Shown here: positions 39,322 through 51,402 of the stretch, in pieces
How positions within the stretch are numbered: the first letter of the stretch is position 1
Layout of the letters: each line of letters begins with the position of its first letter
NCBI GenBank assembly: GCA_016206785.1
Contig: JACQQV010000010.1
Coordinates: forward strand, 302-64,301
Direction of reading: 5' to 3'
Length of the DNA: 64,000 nt
From: Candidatus Omnitrophota bacterium
Lineage (GTDB): Bacteria > Omnitrophota > Gorgyraeia > JACQQV01
Translations under genes and position numbers: made by a program
Notes under the pieces: generated by a model
The model's database searches: none
Told to the model about the DNA's origin: nothing
What the model saw: only the letters and a program-made list of their open reading frames with translations

Positions 39322-39450
39322 CTACCGATATCGGTACGGCGTTCCTGCGTTGAGAGGGTTCGGCTTTTTAGGCGCTGGCGTTTCAAGAGGCTCACCGCAT
39401 CCCAAAAGCATCGCAGCCAGTAAAAGGATTCCGAGTAGCTTCCGGAACAT
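39322..39450 (-). CDS. Small putative lipoprotein (42 aa), not in the ORF track.
   Basis: A perfect AAGGAGG sits 9 nt upstream of the ATG. MFRKLLGILLLAAMLLGCG has a lipobox LLGC. Confidence 0.35.
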   Translation of the reverse strand: MFRKLLGILLLAAMLLGCGEPLETPAPKKPNPLNAGTPYRYR

Positions 39451-39552
39451 TTTTGCATGCCTCCTTATTTAGGATTATATCCCTCTTGGCATAAAAAGGA
39501 AAGGCCCTCCGGAAGAGTTGAAGCGGAAGGGGAGATATGGTAAGGTAACGGT

Positions 39553-40290
39553 ATGCTTGGCTCTCAACGGGTGGTAAAAAAATTAGGAATGCTCTTCCTA
39601 GACTTGGTCTACCCGACTTCCTGTCCTCTTTGCGGAAAGCGACTTGTTTTCGAGGAGGCGGGAGGCCTTTGTCCTTCCTGTCTTTCACACATTCCCAAGA
39701 ATCTCCCTCCCTTCTGCCCCACCTGCGGGAGAAATTTTATCGGCACAGAGGCGGCGATCCAATGCGGCGCTTGTGAGGGGAGGGCGTTTCTTTTTGAACG
39801 TCTCTGGTTCCTCTATCCCTATGAAGGAAGAGTTCGAGAAGTGCTCCATATCCTCAAATATCGAGGCAGAAAACCACTGGCAAATGCTCTGGCCAATCCC
39901 CTCATCGCTTTCGCAAGGGAGCACCTCAAGACCTTTCACTTTGATTGGATTCTCCCCGTCCCCCTTTTCCGACGGAAAAAGAGGGAGCGACAGTTTAACC
40001 AATCGGAACTCCTTGCCAAAGCACTCGCCCGTTCCCTCACGATCCCCTTTTCCAACGAAAACCTGATACGGAACCGCGCGACTCTCCCCCAAGCGGGCCT
40101 TCCCAAGGAAGAACGTTTTGAGAATGTCCAGGGGGCGTTTCACGTGAGGTACTCTTCTCTTTACGCCCAAAAAAGCCTTCTCCTGATCGACGACATCGTG
40201 ACGACGGGAGCAACGCTTACAGCCTGTGCGGAGGCTCTTCGAAAAGCGGGGGCGGCGAGGATCTCCGTGTTGGCACTGGCAAGAGGATAA
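39553..40290 (+). CDS. comF: ComF family protein (phosphoribosyltransferase domain with an N-terminal zinc finger).
   Basis: It has CPLCG...CPSC...CPTCG...CGAC zinc fingers and a C-terminal PRTase motif LLIDDIVTTGATL. Confidence 0.75.
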   Translation: MLGSQRVVKKLGMLFLDLVYPTSCPLCGKRLVFEEAGGLCPSCLSHIPKNLPPFCPTCGRNFIGTEAAIQCGACEGRAFLFERLWFLYPYEGRVREVLHILKYRGRKPLANALANPLIAFAREHLKTFHFDWILPVPLFRRKKRERQFNQSELLAKALARSLTIPFSNENLIRNRATLPQAGLPKEERFENVQGAFHVRYSSLYAQKSLLLIDDIVTTGATLTACAEALRKAGAARISVLALARG

Positions 40291-40292
40291 CA

Positions 40293-40355
40293 CGTGAACC
40301 CCGTTAGACCTCTCTGGTCTGACGGGATAATGTTGGAGGTCTAACGGGGTGAACA
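40293..40355. repeat. REP-like palindrome family 1, copy 1 (GTGAACCCCGTTAGACCTC ... GAGGTCTAACGGGGTGAAC).
   Basis: It is a 19-bp perfect inverted repeat separated by 25 nt, lying between comF and lptF. The right arm overlaps the lptF GTG start. Confidence 0.7.
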
Positions 40356-41449
40356 TCCTCCAAAACTATATCCTAAAAGAAATCATCGTGGGATTCCTCC
40401 TCGCCATCCTCCTCTTTACCTTCGTGCTCCTCGTCGGGAATCTGGTAAAACTGGTGGAACTGGTGATGACGAAAGGGGTGAATTTCTTTTCTGTCTTGAA
40501 ACTTTTCGGATACCTCATGCCCTCTCTCTTGAATTTCACCATCCCGATGTCCCTTCTCACGAGCACGGTGCTTGTCTTCGGGCGTCTCTCAGCGGATCGG
40601 GAGATTACGGCGATGCGGGCAAGCGGCATCCGACTTTTCAAGCTTTCCTTTCCTGTCATCGTCTTTGGACTCCTCCTCAGTCTTGGATCGCTCGCCTTGA
40701 GCGACCGGCTTCTTCCAAAAACCCATTTTGCTTATCGGAAACTTCTCAAGGAAATTGGAGTGAAAAACCCGACGAGTATTCTTGAGGCAGGAACCTTTAT
40801 CGAAGGATTTGGAAACTACATTCTCTTCATCTACGAGATTGATGATGGGCTTCTTAAAAATATCCGGATCTATCAACCCCAAGAAAACCGCCCTCCCCGA
40901 ACGATCATCGCGAGGAGTGGGCGGATCCTCACTGCTCCAGGAAGCGATGTGATCACGATTAAACTCACGGATGGAACGAGTGACGAACCGAATCCCCAGC
41001 GTCCGGAGACGTTTTATAAACTCAATTTTAGGACCTATCTCATCAATCTCAAACTTTCAAGCGCTTTCAAAGAAAAGACCTTTTCCAAAAAACCAAAAGA
41101 CATGACGATCGGGGAGCTGAGGCGCCAGATCAAAAAATATCGAAAAGAGAGAATTGACACCGCTCCCCTCAGGACGGAAATCCATAAAAAACTTTCCATG
41201 GCGTTTTCAAGCCTTGTCTTTGTCCTGATCGGTCTACCCCTTTCCATCCGCACGGGCCGGAAGGAGTTATCGATCAACTTTGCGATCAGCATGGGGGTCG
41301 CTTTCATCTACTGGATTTTTCTCGCCTTGGGAGAAGCGCTCAGTTTGCGCGGCCTCCTCACCCCTTTCTTCAATATGTGGCTCCCGAATATCCTCCTCGC
41401 TACCGTCGGCATCCTGCTCATGGGTCATGCCTTGGAAGGACGCTCATGA
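40349..41449 (+). CDS. lptF: LPS export ABC permease of the LptF/LptG (YjgP/YjgQ) family.
   Basis: It shows YjgP/YjgQ topology and a GTG start. Its stop overlaps the next start (ATGA). Confidence 0.7.
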   Translation: MNILQNYILKEIIVGFLLAILLFTFVLLVGNLVKLVELVMTKGVNFFSVLKLFGYLMPSLLNFTIPMSLLTSTVLVFGRLSADREITAMRASGIRLFKLSFPVIVFGLLLSLGSLALSDRLLPKTHFAYRKLLKEIGVKNPTSILEAGTFIEGFGNYILFIYEIDDGLLKNIRIYQPQENRPPRTIIARSGRILTAPGSDVITIKLTDGTSDEPNPQRPETFYKLNFRTYLINLKLSSAFKEKTFSKKPKDMTIGELRRQIKKYRKERIDTAPLRTEIHKKLSMAFSSLVFVLIGLPLSIRTGRKELSINFAISMGVAFIYWIFLALGEALSLRGLLTPFFNMWLPNILLATVGILLMGHALEGRS

Positions 41450-42533
41450 AGATCCTCGACCGATACCTGGGGAAGGCCTTTTTCGTCCCCTTCATGATTT
41501 GCATTCTCACCTTTAGTTCGGTGGCGATTGTGATAGATCTCTTCAACCGATTGGATGAGATCTTAAAACTCCATACGCCTCTCACAACTTTGTTGGTCTT
41601 TTACCTCCATTTCATTCCCTTTACCTTTGTCCAAACAAGTCCCATTGCGGTTCTGGTGGCCTGCCTTTACAGCGTCGGCCTTTTAAACAAACACCATGAG
41701 TTGACGGCGATGCGGGCAAGCGGCCTGAGTCTTGCGCGTATCCTTTCTCCCTTACTTTTTCTAGGACTTTTGGTCGGGGCGGTCTCTTTCGTCGTGAATG
41801 AAACGGTCGTGCCATCGGCCATGGTCAAACTCACCGCGATCAAGGAAGAAAAGTTGGAAGTGGGAAAGACCTCAAAAGGCAAAGTGCTAAAGAATGTGGC
41901 GCTCTTTGCGGAGGAAGGAGATCTCTACTATGCCACCACCTTTGAGCCTAAAAAGAAACTTCTGCGAGATCTTGTCATCCTCCGCGACAACGAACAACAT
42001 ATTCCGATCCTCAAGATCCAGGCGCGGGAGGCCCGTTGGGCAGAGGGAAGCTGGATTCTTTCTCGAGGAAGTAAATACCGGCTTGACCTCCACGGAAAGA
42101 TCATCGGGGAACCGATCCTCTTTATCAAGGAAAGGTTTCCTTCTTCGGCGAAACCGGAGGAATTCCTCAAGGCAAGACTTCGGACGGAGATGATGAACAC
42201 CCGGGAACTCCGGGCGTACCTGAAGAAACTCAAGGGAAAGGCGGCTCCCTCCGTGATCCGCCGGATCATGGTGGAACTTCACCAAAAGATTGCTTTTCCT
42301 TTCGTGAACGTCGTCACGATCCTCATCGGATTTCCTTTTGTCTTTCGGGAAAAGAGGGGAACGGGAATCTTAAGAGGCGTCGGCATCAGCGGCGTGTTAA
42401 GTTTTACCTTCTATGCCAGTTTTATCATCACAAGCAATCTGGGAACTCAGGGAATCCTGCTCCCTTGGCTTTCGGTCTGGATTACCCATTTTGTGTTCGG
42501 AGCGGCAGGGATTTTACTTCTGTGGCAGGCCCG

Positions 42534-42537
<4 letters not shown>
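41446..42537 (+). CDS. lptG: LPS export ABC permease of the LptF/LptG family.
   Basis: The start is at MKILDRYLGKAFF, and it is YjgP/YjgQ family. Confidence 0.7.
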
Positions 42538-43785
<1,248 letters not shown>

Positions 43786-43793
<8 letters not shown>

Positions 43794-44937
43794 GCTGGGC
43801 CCCCTTCTTCAGGACCTGAACTTTGTCGAGAGCCTCCCACGTAAAATCTTCATCGGCCCTCCCAAAATGACCGTAGCAGGCGGCCTTTTTATAAATCGGG
43901 CGACGGAGCTTGAGATCCCGGATGATGCCGCGGGGGGTAAGATCGAAATTCTCCCGCACCAGTTTTTTGAGTTTCTCTTCGGAAACCTTTCCTGTTCTTA
44001 AGGTGTTGACCATCACACTCACCGGCTCGGCCACCCCGATCGCATAGGCGAGTTGAATTTCACATTTGTCTGCAAGGCCCGCCGCGACGATATTCTTGGC
44101 AAGGTAGCGCGCCATATAGGTGGCGGAACGGTCCACCTTTGTAGGATCCTTTCCCGAGAAGGAGCCGCCGCCGTGACACCCGTATCCGCCATAGGTATCG
44201 CTGATAATTTTTCTTCCCGTAAGCCCCGTATCTCCCTGCGGTCCCCCCACCACGAAACGCCCTGTCGGGTTAATGTAAATCTTTGTATTTTTATCAATCA
44301 GTCCTTTCGGGATTACTTTGTCAATCACCATTTTTTTAAGGACATCCCGAACCTCTTTGATTTTGACCTTATCGCTATGATGGGCGCTCAGGACAACCGC
44401 CTCGGCCCGTTTTGGGTGGCTATCGATATATTCAATCGTGACTTGGCTCTTCCCATCGGGACGGAGGAAGTCCACCGCCTTCCCTTTCCGAATCTCTGCA
44501 AGGGCATGGGTGAGCTGATGGGCGAGCATAATGGGAAGAGGCATCAGTTCCGGTGTTTCTTTCGTCGCGTACCCGAACATCATCCCCTGGTCCCCTGCGC
44601 CTCCCGTATCGACCCCCAAGGCGATATCCGGGGATTGTTCCTGAATGCTTGTGATGACGCCACAGGTAAGATAATCAAAGCCATAGACCGCATCGGTATA
44701 TCCGATCTCTTTGATCGTGGAGCGTATAATTTTCGGAACGTCGACATAGCAGGTGGTCGTGACCTCCCCCGCCACGACGGCCAACCCTGTGGTGACGAGT
44801 GTCTCACAGGCTACCCGTCCGTTCGGGTCTTTATCGAGAATAGCATCCAGAATGGCATCTGAAATTTGATCGGCAATCTTATCGGGATGGCCTTCTGTGA
44901 CCGATTCAGAAGTAAATAAATAAGTACCGCTCCTCAC
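43786..44937 (-). CDS. metK: S-adenosylmethionine synthase.
   Basis: It carries [13 protein letters not shown] and GGGAFSGKD. Confidence 0.9.
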
Positions 44938-45710
44938 GTGTTAACCTCCTTTTTAAATGCGCCTGCAGCCTTCTGATAGGATGCAAGGTCGCCAATATCA
45001 TACCATGTCCCCGTCGAAGGGTATCCATAGACTGTCTCTTTCTGCGAGAGCCAGCGGAGGAAAAATCCGGGAGCATCTTGCGGCGATCCTCCCTGAAGGT
45101 AGGTGTCTATCTGCCCCAACACCTCTTTTGGGAAATAGTAGACCCCCATCGCAGAAAGGGTCGATTGGGGGTGTTCGGGTTTCTCTTCAAAGGAAACGAT
45201 GCGGCTTTCTCCGTCCAAACCGACAATGCCATACTGTCGCGCCAATGAAAAATCTTTTACATCATACAACATGACAGAGGAAAAGGGGGATTTTTTTTGT
45301 GCGGATTGAACAAAAGGTCGGAGGTCGATGTCGAATAAGTTGTCGCCGGCCACCACCAAAAGGTCCGACCGCACCTTCCGCTCACGGATCGTGAAGCGCA
45401 TGTCCCCGATCGCTCCCAACCTATTGCCCTCATGGGTGGACCCGTCATCCAAGAGGACGAGCGGCTTGGAGGAACGGTATGATTTTTTCCACTTTTCAAA
45501 CTGGGAATAGAATTTATGGTTGACGACGAGGGTGGCGTCGTCTACGCCGTCGATTTTCTCGATATGCCCGAGAATATATTCAAGGACCGGTTTGCCGCCG
45601 ATGTCCAAAAGAGGTTTCGGCTTCGACTGGGTCAAAGGATAAAGGCGCGTCGCGTAACCGGCGGCAAGAATAAGGGACTTCACCCCGTTAGACCTCCAAA
45701 ATGACCCCAT
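44934..45710 (-). CDS. Sugar-phosphate nucleotidyltransferase (NTP_transferase family).
   Basis: It has the [15 protein letters not shown]...KPLL signature. Confidence 0.65.
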   Translation of the reverse strand: MGSFWRSNGVKSLILAAGYATRLYPLTQSKPKPLLDIGGKPVLEYILGHIEKIDGVDDATLVVNHKFYSQFEKWKKSYRSSKPLVLLDDGSTHEGNRLGAIGDMRFTIRERKVRSDLLVVAGDNLFDIDLRPFVQSAQKKSPFSSVMLYDVKDFSLARQYGIVGLDGESRIVSFEEKPEHPQSTLSAMGVYYFPKEVLGQIDTYLQGGSPQDAPGFFLRWLSQKETVYGYPSTGTWYDIGDLASYQKAAGAFKKEVNT

Positions 45711-45737
45711 CAGACGAGAGAGGTCTAACGGGGTTCA
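45680..45737. repeat. REP-like palindrome family 1, copy 2.
   Basis: TCACCCCGTTAGACCTC ... GAGGTCTAACGGGGTTCA lies between the nucleotidyltransferase start and the PGI/PMI stop. Confidence 0.7.
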
Positions 45738-46814
45738 TCGCTTCGCCAACTGCTTTTTCAGGCGTTCGATCCGTTCAACGGGTGTAGGATCGACACGATT
45801 CAAGATCGCCAGGTAGTAACTGACGAGATCTCCCAAATAGATGAGGGAGAAAAGCCGTGACAACCTCCCGCGGCCCGAAGACCAGACCTCCACCGTCTCT
45901 ACCCCTTCTTCCCGACGGAGAAGGGTCTTTGTAATTTCCATCCTCCGCTTGACGCGTTCATGATCGCCCGGATCCCTTAAGAGGAGGATAAGAAGATGCC
46001 GCAAAAGGGGATCGGGCTTGCGCCATCCGACAATCTCATTGTGATTGAGTTCAGGATAGAGATGACTCCAGGAGAGTTGTTTGGAGTTTTCCGCAATTTG
46101 CGTTCGCCAACGGTAGACGACGGCATCTAACCTCTGAACATTGCCATGAATGGCCGGGATGCGCCCCCAAAGATGTCGTGCAAGCCGTTTCGCCGGATTC
46201 TGAGAGAAAGGAACATGCGGGCCGACTTCCTTCTCCCGAAGACGATGGAGCGTCTTCAACAATTCCTGAAATTCAGACTGCCGAAGCGGAAGACGGGCCA
46301 GTCGGCGCAAGAGGACATAGGGTGCGAAGAAAAGATACCCAAGGGCCGTCCGTGGCGGAAGGCCGGAGGGAATGAGAAGATGCGACACACCCTCCCGCTT
46401 CGCCCATTCCATCAATTTTCCGCCGGAACTCACGGCGATGAGGTGGGCCCTTTTTCGGCGGGCTATCTGATACGCGGTGAGTGTTTCTTCCGTATTGCCA
46501 GAATAACTGATTGCAAAAACAAGCGTCTTTGAATTCACAAAAGCAGGAAGGTGGTAAGAACGGTTTACAGCGATCGGAAAAGAGACCTCTTCCTCAAGAA
46601 GAGATTTCACGAGATCCCCCCCAATCGCCGAGCCTCCCATACCGAGGAAAAGAACGTTCTGAAAAGAGAGCGCGCGAGGAAGGGCAAACGCTTTCCCCAA
46701 TGCCCAGGCACGTTCACACTGGGACGGAAATTCACAGAGAAGCTCCAACATGCCTTGGGGATCGAGGCGCTGGAACTTCTTGATCGCTTGAAGCGTATGC
46801 GTGCGACGGGTCAT
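45735..46814 (-). CDS. Bifunctional phosphoglucose/phosphomannose isomerase (SIS domain).
   Basis: It has two SIS-like halves (GMGGSAIGGDL) and a PGI/PMI-type architecture. Confidence 0.7.
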   Translation of the reverse strand: MTRRTHTLQAIKKFQRLDPQGMLELLCEFPSQCERAWALGKAFALPRALSFQNVLFLGMGGSAIGGDLVKSLLEEEVSFPIAVNRSYHLPAFVNSKTLVFAISYSGNTEETLTAYQIARRKRAHLIAVSSGGKLMEWAKREGVSHLLIPSGLPPRTALGYLFFAPYVLLRRLARLPLRQSEFQELLKTLHRLREKEVGPHVPFSQNPAKRLARHLWGRIPAIHGNVQRLDAVVYRWRTQIAENSKQLSWSHLYPELNHNEIVGWRKPDPLLRHLLILLLRDPGDHERVKRRMEITKTLLRREEGVETVEVWSSGRGRLSRLFSLIYLGDLVSYYLAILNRVDPTPVERIERLKKQLAKR

Positions 46815-48559
46815 GGCTCTCCCATAAAAATTTTCTTTGTCATTTTTTCGAGATAGGCTTCAACTTCTCTTCCCGTCGAAAGTGAAAGCGCTTCTTCTGC
46901 AATTTTCTTCGCTTCACCCATCTTGACCGATCGGATGACCCTCTTGATCTCCGGAAGGTTTACCGCGCTTGTGGAAAAACCGTCCAGTCCCAATCCGAGA
47001 AGGATGAGCGCCAGTCGCGGATCACCAGCCATTTCCCCGCACATCCCGACCCATAAATGATGTTTGTGGGCTGTATCAATGATATGCTTCACAAGACGGA
47101 GAACCGCCGGGTGCGCAGGTTCGTACAGATAAGCAATTTTTTCATTCGATCGATCGACGGCGAGGGCATACTGGATGAGATCATTGGTCCCGATGCTGAA
47201 AAAATGGACCTCTTTGGCAAGGAGATCGCAGGTCAAGGCCGCAGAGGGGATTTCGATCATGGCACCCACTTCGATCTTTTCATCGAATGGAATTTTCTCC
47301 CGACGCAACTCCTCCTTCACCTCCCGGAAGAGGGCGTTGGCTTGTCTCAACTCTTCCACCCCTGAAATCATCGGGTACATCACCTTCATTTTTCCCTTGG
47401 CACTCGCTCGCAGGATCGCCCGCAGTTGTACTTTGAAGATATCGGGACGGGCCAGGCAAAACCGGATGGCGCGCCACCCCAAAAAGGGATTCATTTCATT
47501 CGGAATGTCCAATTGAGAGAGAAATTTATCTCCTCCGAGGTCCAACGTTCTCACAATGACGGAATGAGGCTGGACTTCCTGCACCACCTTGTGGTACGAC
47601 TCGAAATGTTCCTCTTCGGTGGGAAGATCTACCCGATTCATGTAAAAATACTCGGTCCGGTAAAGCCCGATTCCCTCTGCGCCATGGGCAATGACCGAAG
47701 GGATTTCATGAGGAAATTCGATATTGGCCGCAAGGGTCACCCGGTGCCCGTCCAAGGTTTCCGCGGGGAGATCCTTCAGTTTGAGAAGACTCCGGCCGAA
47801 TTCCTCAAGACGCTTTTGTTCTTCTGTATACCGACGGATCGTCTCTTCCGTCGGATTGATAATCACAAGGCCCTGCGCACCGTCGATAATGAGGAGATCG
47901 TCCTTGGAGACCCTCTGGGTCACCTCTTCGAGACCGACCACGGCCGGAATCTCAAGCGACTTCGCCATAATCGCCGTGTGAGAGGTGCGCCCCCCGATAT
48001 CCGTGACAAACCCCTTCACGTTCTCTCGATGCATGAGGGCTGTGTCTGAGGGGGAAAGGTCGTAGGCCACCACAATCACAGGTTCCTTGAGATCCTGAAG
48101 GGTCTGCCGCTGTTTTCCCAGGAGGGTCCGTAGGACCCGTTTCCCCACGTCCTCGATATCGGAAGTCCGCTCCCGGATGTATTCGTCTTCAATCTTCGAA
48201 AAGGCATGGATGTATCTTTTCAAGACATCGAGGAAGATATAATCGACGACGACTTTCTCCGCCTTCACGCGTGTGATGACTTCCTCGATCAGGGTGCGAT
48301 CCTCGATGACCAAAAGGTGCGCACTAAAGATTTCTCCTTGCTCCTTCCCCATCTCTTCGAGGATTTTCTTCTGAATACGGAGAATTTCGGCACGCGTCTG
48401 GATCAGGGCATCTTCAAAACGGGCGATCTCACCCGCCACTTCTTCCTCGGCTATCTCCTGCCTCTGAACGCTAAATCCCTCGCTATCGAGAAAAAAAGGG
48501 CGTCCGATGGTCACGCCGGCTGAAGCGGGTATGCCTTTGAGGGTTTCTTCTGGGTTCAC
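46811..48559 (-). CDS. ptsI: Phosphoenolpyruvate-protein phosphotransferase (PTS enzyme I).
   Basis: It contains the EI N-terminal, phospho-His and PEP-utilising domains, including GGRTSHTAIMA. Confidence 0.9.
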   Translation of the reverse strand: MNPEETLKGIPASAGVTIGRPFFLDSEGFSVQRQEIAEEEVAGEIARFEDALIQTRAEILRIQKKILEEMGKEQGEIFSAHLLVIEDRTLIEEVITRVKAEKVVVDYIFLDVLKRYIHAFSKIEDEYIRERTSDIEDVGKRVLRTLLGKQRQTLQDLKEPVIVVAYDLSPSDTALMHRENVKGFVTDIGGRTSHTAIMAKSLEIPAVVGLEEVTQRVSKDDLLIIDGAQGLVIINPTEETIRRYTEEQKRLEEFGRSLLKLKDLPAETLDGHRVTLAANIEFPHEIPSVIAHGAEGIGLYRTEYFYMNRVDLPTEEEHFESYHKVVQEVQPHSVIVRTLDLGGDKFLSQLDIPNEMNPFLGWRAIRFCLARPDIFKVQLRAILRASAKGKMKVMYPMISGVEELRQANALFREVKEELRREKIPFDEKIEVGAMIEIPSAALTCDLLAKEVHFFSIGTNDLIQYALAVDRSNEKIAYLYEPAHPAVLRLVKHIIDTAHKHHLWVGMCGEMAGDPRLALILLGLGLDGFSTSAVNLPEIKRVIRSVKMGEAKKIAEEALSLSTGREVEAYLEKMTKKIFMGEP

Positions 48560-48609
48560 CCCGTTAGACCTCCTGGTTCCCCGTTAGAAATTCGAAAGGT
48601 CTAACGGGG
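48556..48609. repeat. REP-like palindrome family 1, copy 3, with one and a half units.
   Basis: TTCACCCCGTTAGACCTC is followed by the hairpin CCCCGTTAGA-aattcgaaag-GTCTAACGGGG, between the ptsI start and the ptsH stop. Confidence 0.7.
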
Positions 48610-48610
48610 C

Positions 48611-48892
48611 TCATTTTTCCTTTTCTAACTCCACAAGGCCTTTTCCGAGAAGGTCTGAAAGTTCCCTCATGGCGCGCTCGGCGTCTTCTCCCCTGGCAGA
48701 GATCTCCACCTTGCTCCCCTTCTCGCATCCGAGCATGAGAATCCCCATGATCGATTTTCCGTTCACTTCTTCCTTCCCTTTTCGAACCACAATCTCCGAC
48801 TCGAATTTACTCGCAAGTCTCACAAAGACCGCCGCGGGTCTGGCATGAAGGCCCTGTTTATTCTTAATCACCACCGTCTTGCGAACCCACAT
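48611..48892 (-). CDS. ptsH: Phosphocarrier protein HPr.
   Basis: It carries GLHARPAAVFV with His15 and Ser46 (GKS). Confidence 0.9.
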   Translation of the reverse strand: MWVRKTVVIKNKQGLHARPAAVFVRLASKFESEIVVRKGKEEVNGKSIMGILMLGCEKGSKVEISARGEDAERAMRELSDLLGKGLVELEKEK

Positions 48893-48895
48893 CCG

Positions 48896-50932
48896 TTAGC
48901 GTCCCCATTTCAATAAAAGGTCAAAGGTAAGGGTATCCCCTCCTTCAAAAAGGGTCGGTCGGTGGAAGAGGAGCCCCAGTTCTTGATAATTGTGTTCAAG
49001 TCCCTGCTCTGAATCCGAAACCGTTTCGACGGGAAAGTGCCAGAGGCGGAAAGGTGTCGAGAAAGTAAAGGAGAGGGGAAAGCCGTACCACTCATCCTGC
49101 AAGGAAAATTCACGGCATTCCCCTTTTTCACCCGTCCGAACCCATTGCGGATCCCACACAGAAAAATTGAACTCAACACCAAATTTTCCTTCCAAAAGAT
49201 GGGAGGAAAGATTCTGGATCGTGTAGGTCACCGCTAAAGAGGCGTCTTTCTCATTCGGGCGAATCACTTTCTGAAGGCGAACTTTCCGAGAGTCTTCCCC
49301 TTTCCCTACTTCCCCTTCCCGTTCAAGAAGGACGTGAAGTCCTCCTTTCGTCTTCTCCACGCGTGAACGATAAGGGGCGTTGATGAATGAACCTTTCTCT
49401 TCAAAAGCGGCCTTCGCAAACTCCTCCACCGTCACCCCCTCATCCAGAAAGTGATCCAAAAGACAGACGCGCGGATACCAATCGTACGCAAGCAGTTTCT
49501 CGAGGTGAGGCTCTTTAACCTTCACCGCTTCATGAATACTCACCGGTGCGAGGGATTGTTCCGCTTTTTGAAATTCCTGTTTGAGAAGTTTCTCATGATA
49601 GGCCTCTTTTCTTCGCGAGAGGGTATTGATCAGATTGATCCCTTTCTCCTTATCGTCCAGTTCGAAAAGAGAACCTCCCCGCCCTGGGTCAAGAAAAAGG
49701 GTGTAACGAGAAGTGCTCACGATGATCTCTTCTCTTCCATCCTGATCAAAATCGACGCATTGTGCTTCTAACCAGGGGGTCTTGGAGGGATAGCGGGCTG
49801 CCTCCATCGCTTTTTCCGATTCGATGAGATGGTGGTAAAGCGTTGATCTCAAATGCCCGAGATAAAGCCCTCCAAAGATGCCATGCCAGTAGGCGCAGTT
49901 GCATTGCGCTTTATAAAGATGGGTTCTCGCTTCTTCAACGAGCGTTTTATTTTTTAGAGGAGGGTCTTCGGTCTTTGGTCTTTGGTCTATTTCTCTTAGT
50001 TTCTGACTCGCCCAAAGCATCCGTTTGTGGAGGCGATTTCCCTCAGGATACTTCACGAAGAAATTACGGAAATAGCCTCCCGACCACTCCAACATCTCCC
50101 GATAACTGGCGCAAGGGAGATAGACCATCCCTTGGGGAAGTCTCTCTTGGAGGATCTCACTAAATGTTTTGAGTACGATCCAGTCCCTGTTTTCTTCAAG
50201 GACCCTAAAAAACCGTTCAAGCCACTTCTCCCCATAGACCCACTGTTCAGTTTCCGGCCACAACCCGAATTTCTCACCGTCATCTGCAAAAACCTGTAAG
50301 ACATCGGATCCGCCGGAGGAAACCAACGATCGAAAGTGGTCTACCGTTTCTTGGGGTTCTTTAAACGGGATAAGATAACGCAATTTTTCAGAGGCGGGAA
50401 AAATGCGAATCGCTTTCCCCGATTCCTCGGTCATAAAAAAGCCGATGAGATCGCGTTCAGAGAGACCCCCCAGTTTGAAGTGGGTATCGTCCATGATCGT
50501 GTAAGAAAATCCCCCCTCCGAAAATGTCTTGGCCAAAGAAGGCTCCCAGACCCGCTCGGCAAGCCACGCCCCTTTCGGTTCCACTCCGAAGGTTTCCTTC
50601 AAGAAACGGCTCATCCGTGCCAGTTGCCCCAACCGATCTTCCTCGGGAATGATCGGCAGGATCGGTTCATAATAACCGCCGCCTAAAAGTTCAACGGATC
50701 CTCTCGCGACCAGTGCTGCAATCCTTCGGATGAAATGAGGTTTTCTTTCCCGAAGCCAGTCCAGAAGACAACCGCTGTAATGAAGAGAGACTTTGATCAG
50801 GGGATGGGCCTCTAAGACGGTCAAGAAGGGATCGTAAGCCTTTTGAGTGGCTTCCTCAAACACCTGATCGAAGTTTCCGATCGGCTGATGGGAATGGAAC
50901 GCCATTGAAAATAAAATTTTCGGAGACGACAT
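48896..50932 (-). CDS. Glycoside hydrolase family 57 protein (alpha-amylase / 4-alpha-glucanotransferase-like) with a C-terminal DUF1925/1926-type extension.
   Basis: It has the MAFHSHQPIGNF GH57 N-terminal signature and is 678 aa. Confidence 0.7.
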   Translation of the reverse strand: MSSPKILFSMAFHSHQPIGNFDQVFEEATQKAYDPFLTVLEAHPLIKVSLHYSGCLLDWLRERKPHFIRRIAALVARGSVELLGGGYYEPILPIIPEEDRLGQLARMSRFLKETFGVEPKGAWLAERVWEPSLAKTFSEGGFSYTIMDDTHFKLGGLSERDLIGFFMTEESGKAIRIFPASEKLRYLIPFKEPQETVDHFRSLVSSGGSDVLQVFADDGEKFGLWPETEQWVYGEKWLERFFRVLEENRDWIVLKTFSEILQERLPQGMVYLPCASYREMLEWSGGYFRNFFVKYPEGNRLHKRMLWASQKLREIDQRPKTEDPPLKNKTLVEEARTHLYKAQCNCAYWHGIFGGLYLGHLRSTLYHHLIESEKAMEAARYPSKTPWLEAQCVDFDQDGREEIIVSTSRYTLFLDPGRGGSLFELDDKEKGINLINTLSRRKEAYHEKLLKQEFQKAEQSLAPVSIHEAVKVKEPHLEKLLAYDWYPRVCLLDHFLDEGVTVEEFAKAAFEEKGSFINAPYRSRVEKTKGGLHVLLEREGEVGKGEDSRKVRLQKVIRPNEKDASLAVTYTIQNLSSHLLEGKFGVEFNFSVWDPQWVRTGEKGECREFSLQDEWYGFPLSFTFSTPFRLWHFPVETVSDSEQGLEHNYQELGLLFHRPTLFEGGDTLTFDLLLKWGR

Positions 50933-51402
50933 CAGAGTTTGCTTTGATCCTCTTTTCGGATGATGGACAAGATTTCCTCGACGGTCTTTGCCTTTCGAAG
51001 CGTGTTTCTAAAAAATTTGTCCTTTAAGAGTCGTGAAATCCGCGCCAAGGCCTTAAGGTGAGGGCCGGTCGAATCCTCCGGCGCTACCAAAAGGAAGAAA
51101 AGATAGACCGGCTCTCCATCCAGAGATTCAAAATTGACCCCCTTCTGGGAAAGACCGAAGGCCGACACAAGCTCCCGGGCCCCGTCCAATTTTCCATGCG
51201 GAATTCCGATGCCTTGTCCAATTCCCGTCGAGCCCAAGGATTCGCGATTCAAAAGGGACTTGATGAGTTTCCCGCGCTCCTTTTCATCAATTTTCTTTGC
51301 CTCAATTAAAAGGTCGACGAGCTCTTCAATGACTCCTTTCTTGTCTGCGGCCTGTAGATTCGGCGAGATCGCTTTGTCACTCAAAAAATCCATAATTTTC
51401 AT
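50932..51402 (-). CDS. ptsN: PTS EIIA of the fructose/nitrogen type (PtsN-like).
   Basis: It has the GIGIPHGK active-site His and is 156 aa. Confidence 0.8.
   Translation of the reverse strand: MKIMDFLSDKAISPNLQAADKKGVIEELVDLLIEAKKIDEKERGKLIKSLLNRESLGSTGIGQGIGIPHGKLDGARELVSAFGLSQKGVNFESLDGEPVYLFFLLVAPEDSTGPHLKALARISRLLKDKFFRNTLRKAKTVEEILSIIRKEDQSKL

Noticed and set aside
39685-40356. A 223-aa minus-strand ORF overlapping comF.
   Set aside because: It overlaps a gene with clear PRTase and zinc-finger motifs. It is a shadow ORF.
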